This document shows positions 60,840 to 64,000 of a DNA stretch of 64,000 nt, in pieces. The stretch's first letter is position 1. Every line of letters begins with the position of its first letter. The position numbers and the translations under genes are program-made. The notes beneath the pieces are model-generated. The model was not told the DNA's origin. It did no database searches and saw only the letters and a list, made by a program, of their open reading frames with translations. The DNA is from Octopus sinensis (Eukaryota), in assembly GCF_006345805.1 (NCBI RefSeq), contig NC_042999.1, forward strand, positions 1,736,001 through 1,800,000, read 5' to 3'.

Positions 60840-60980
60840 CAGATAGATAGAAGGATAGATAGACAGAACCATAGACAGCCAGTCAGACAGACAGGGAGCT
60901 AGATATATAGTTAAATTGGTAGAAAGATAAATGTATATATATATATATTATATATATATAGATAGATAGATAGATAGAAG

Positions 60981-61032
<52 letters not shown>

Positions 61033-61091
61033 GTTCATATATATATATATATATATATATATAGATGGATAGATAGATAGATAGATAGATG

Positions 61092-61132
<41 letters not shown>

Positions 61133-61135
61133 CTG

Positions 61136-61209
<74 letters not shown>

Positions 61210-61270
61210 CGGACCGACCGACAGGACAGACAGAGAGACAGACAGACAGATAGATAGATAGATAGATAGA
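60760..61270. repeat. (GATA)n/(GACA)n/(TA)n compound microsatellite
   Basis: Direct inspection. Confidence 0.95.
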
Positions 61271-61509
61271 TTAGAAAGGAGACAAAATTGTTTGATGATG
61301 GTATCTTCAAGCTTCTTCATTTCCTGCAGAGCAAAGTATTACCACTAGATGTAATAGTCTAAACCATTTCCAAAGAATTTATTGATATAATTCCTTCCTC
61401 AAATACTTACCCCCACCTACCCATTCTCAACCACCATAACCGAAATTCCTCTATCTCTTTTCTTTGCAAACCTCAAATCTATTATGAGATTTAAGATTAG
61501 GTAAACCTA

Positions 61510-61880
61510 CCAATTCTCTCCATTTCTCTCCCCGTCTTTCTCTTCCTCACTATTTCTCTCTCTCTCTTTCTGCCTATCTCTCCCCTCTTCACTATTTCTC
61601 TCTCTCTGTCTCTCCCTATCTCTCTCCTTCCCATCTCTCTCTGTCTCTCTCTTCCTCAATATTTCTCTCTCTCTGTCTCTCCCTATCTCTCTCCTCCCCA
61701 CTATTTCTCTCTCTCTGTCTCTCTCTTCTTCCCTATTTCTCTCTCTCTCTGTCTCTCTCCTCCTCACTATTTCTCTCTCTGTCTCCCTATCTCTTTCCTC
61801 CCCACTATTTCTCTCTCTCTGCCTCTCTTCCTCACTATTTCTCTCTCTCTGTCTCTCCCCATCTCTCTCCTCCTCACCAT
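61510..61880. repeat. CT-rich minisatellite (CTATTTCTCTCTCTCTGTCTCTCCC-type units)
   Basis: Recurrent CACTATTTCTCTCTC units. Confidence 0.85.
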
Positions 61881-62279
61881 TTCAAATCTCTATTGTAATT
61901 TATTTTATTTTTCATATTCTTTTATTCATTTTTCTTATTACCTTTTTCTTTTCCTTTATCATTTAGTTACCTTCTGTACTAAGACAATCTCCTTAAGCCT
62001 TTTACTCTTATAATGAAGAAAATTGACATTATTAATGCTAACTTCATCATGTAAGTTCTTCACTTCTGATTGATCTGTTGTTGATCTCTAAGCAGCTCTG
62101 ATTATTCAAATATAAAAGCTATTCTCGCAGGATCTTGTTTCTATCTTAAACAGGAATGGTTCTGCTATTGAACTCACTCCAAGAAGCCCTTTTTTCTTTT
62201 CGCCATTGGTTATTCCAATACAGTGAAAAGGAAGTTAATTACAAACATTAAACAACTCTTGTTATTTATTACTCCGCTA

Positions 62280-63250
62280 CCACCACCACTAACACCATAA
62301 CCAGAACAACAACAATACCAACAACAAAAACAGTAACAACCACCACCAGCATCATGACAACAACAAATATTAATGCTACAACCGCTGCCACCACCACCAC
62401 CACTACCACAACCATCACCACTACCACCAGAACAACAACAATACCAACAACAAAAACAGCAACAACCACCACCATCATCATGACAACAACAAATATTATT
62501 GCTACAACCGCTGCCACCACCACCACCACCACCACAACCATCACCACTACCACCAGAACAACAACAATACCAACAACAAAAACAGCAACAACCACCACCA
62601 GCATCATGACAACAACAAATATTATTGCTACAACCGCTGCCACCACCACCACCACCACCACAACCATCACCACTACCACCAGAACAACAACAATACCAAC
62701 AACAAAAACAGCAACAACCACCACCATCATCATGACAACAACAAATATTATTGCTACAACCACTGCCACCACCACCACCACCACAACCATCACCACTACC
62801 ACCAGAACAACAACAATACCAACAACAAAAACAGCAACAGCCACCACCATCATCATGACAACAACAAATATTATTGCTACAACCACTGCCACACCACCAC
62901 CACAACATCACCACCACCAGAACACAACATCAACAACAAAACAGCCACCACCACCATCATCATGACAACAACAAATATATTGCTACAACCACTGCCACCA
63001 CCACCACCACCACAACCATCACCACTACCACCAGAACACAAACAATACCAACAACAAAAACAGCAACACCAACACCATCATCATGACAACAACAAATATA
63101 TTGCTACAACACTGCCACCACACCACCCCCACACCACCACAACCATCACCAATACCAGAACAACAACAATTACCAACAACAAAAACAGCAACAGCCACCA
63201 CCATCATCATGACAACAACAAATATTATCACTAGAACCGCTGCCACCACC
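62280..63250. repeat. 123-126-bp higher-order tandem repeat built from CAC/AAC/CAT triplets
   Basis: The AG of CCAGAAC recurs at 62303, 62429, 62555, 62681 and 62804 (periods 126, 126, 126, 123), with further degenerate units to about 63250. Confidence 0.9.
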
Positions 63251-64000
63251 ACCGCCACATAACAACAACCAGTCACCCCTACTAGCACCTCCACCACAAC
63301 TACTGTTGATGTTGTAACCACCACTACGAAACCACCACCACGACAACTACTACTACCAGAGCCATAAATAACAACTGCAAGGGCCACCACCCCGACATCA
63401 CCACCACCACCATCACCACCACCACCACAATCCTCGTTATTTTGATTAATATTATAAAATTCCTTTTCTCACCCTTTTGTTATGATTGAAACACTTTGTG
63501 CAAAACAGAATTTCTTTTAATATTTTAATCTAGTCTCACTTCATCAAAGCGGTCTCAGACATAAGCATGGTTGTGTGGATTAGAAATTCACTTAGGAAGC
63601 ACATGGTCAGGGGTTCACTTCCACTGTGTAGAATTCATTGACTGGTTCCTTTTATTATAGCCGTATGTTACACATTCATATCTATGTGTATACGTGTGTA
63701 GAATACATCCCCACTTTTGGCACTATTTGTAGTAAACCGTATTACTACGCTGTGTATAACGATATATAAGTGTCGCTGCGCTGAAAGTAGTGCAGTTCGT
63801 GTAACATGGAAAAGTAAATAACACGTAAAAGAATAACTATGCTTCGTATAGAGTTGTCTATCCCACCAGACTGAAACTACACATAACATATACTACACAA
63901 AACAATACTTTGTGAATGTAAATGGTAGATGAAGACTGGAAAATGCTCTTCGTGTACATATATAAACTAAACACAAACGGCGTTTAAAATATATAAAAGC

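Noticed and set aside
1459-63390. Dozens of long low-complexity ORFs (poly-H/M/I/N/L, YI-, CV-, HT- and FLS-rich)
   Set aside because: They are translations of microsatellites that lack stops in some frames; no domain content.

Overview
AT-rich, microsatellite-dense eukaryotic DNA made almost entirely of transposon relics. I recognise no host protein-coding gene, rRNA, true tRNA or CRISPR array. The SINE families and the (TA)n/(GAT)n/(AAT)n load look to me like an octopus (cephalopod) genome; this is recognition-based inference, not a database result. Most ORFs in the supplied track are translated microsatellites. Retroelements: a near-full-length decayed RTE LINE (28.8-32.6 kb) with a PHD-type C4HC3 zinc finger inside its RT domain; CR1-type LINE relics; two R4/Dong-type RLE elements sitting in (TAA)n tracts; a Penelope-like RT fragment; and four tRNA-headed SINE families plus many RTE 3'UTR-only copies. 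DNA elements: a mariner D34D fragment, TA-, TTAA- and 8-bp-TSD MITEs, and two non-autonomous Helitron-like elements. The most striking signal is a set of at least four unrelated small repeat families carrying minimal type I hammerhead ribozyme folds with palindromic stem III. One is a textbook-intact hammerhead (45106-45150) in a 353-nt, hairpin-rich, terminally redundant unit resembling a retrozyme or circular-RNA retroelement. Another forms the 3' part of a tRNA-headed SINE. Labels SINE-A/B/D/E and HH families 1-4 are my own in-window names. Boundaries of diverged copies are approximate.
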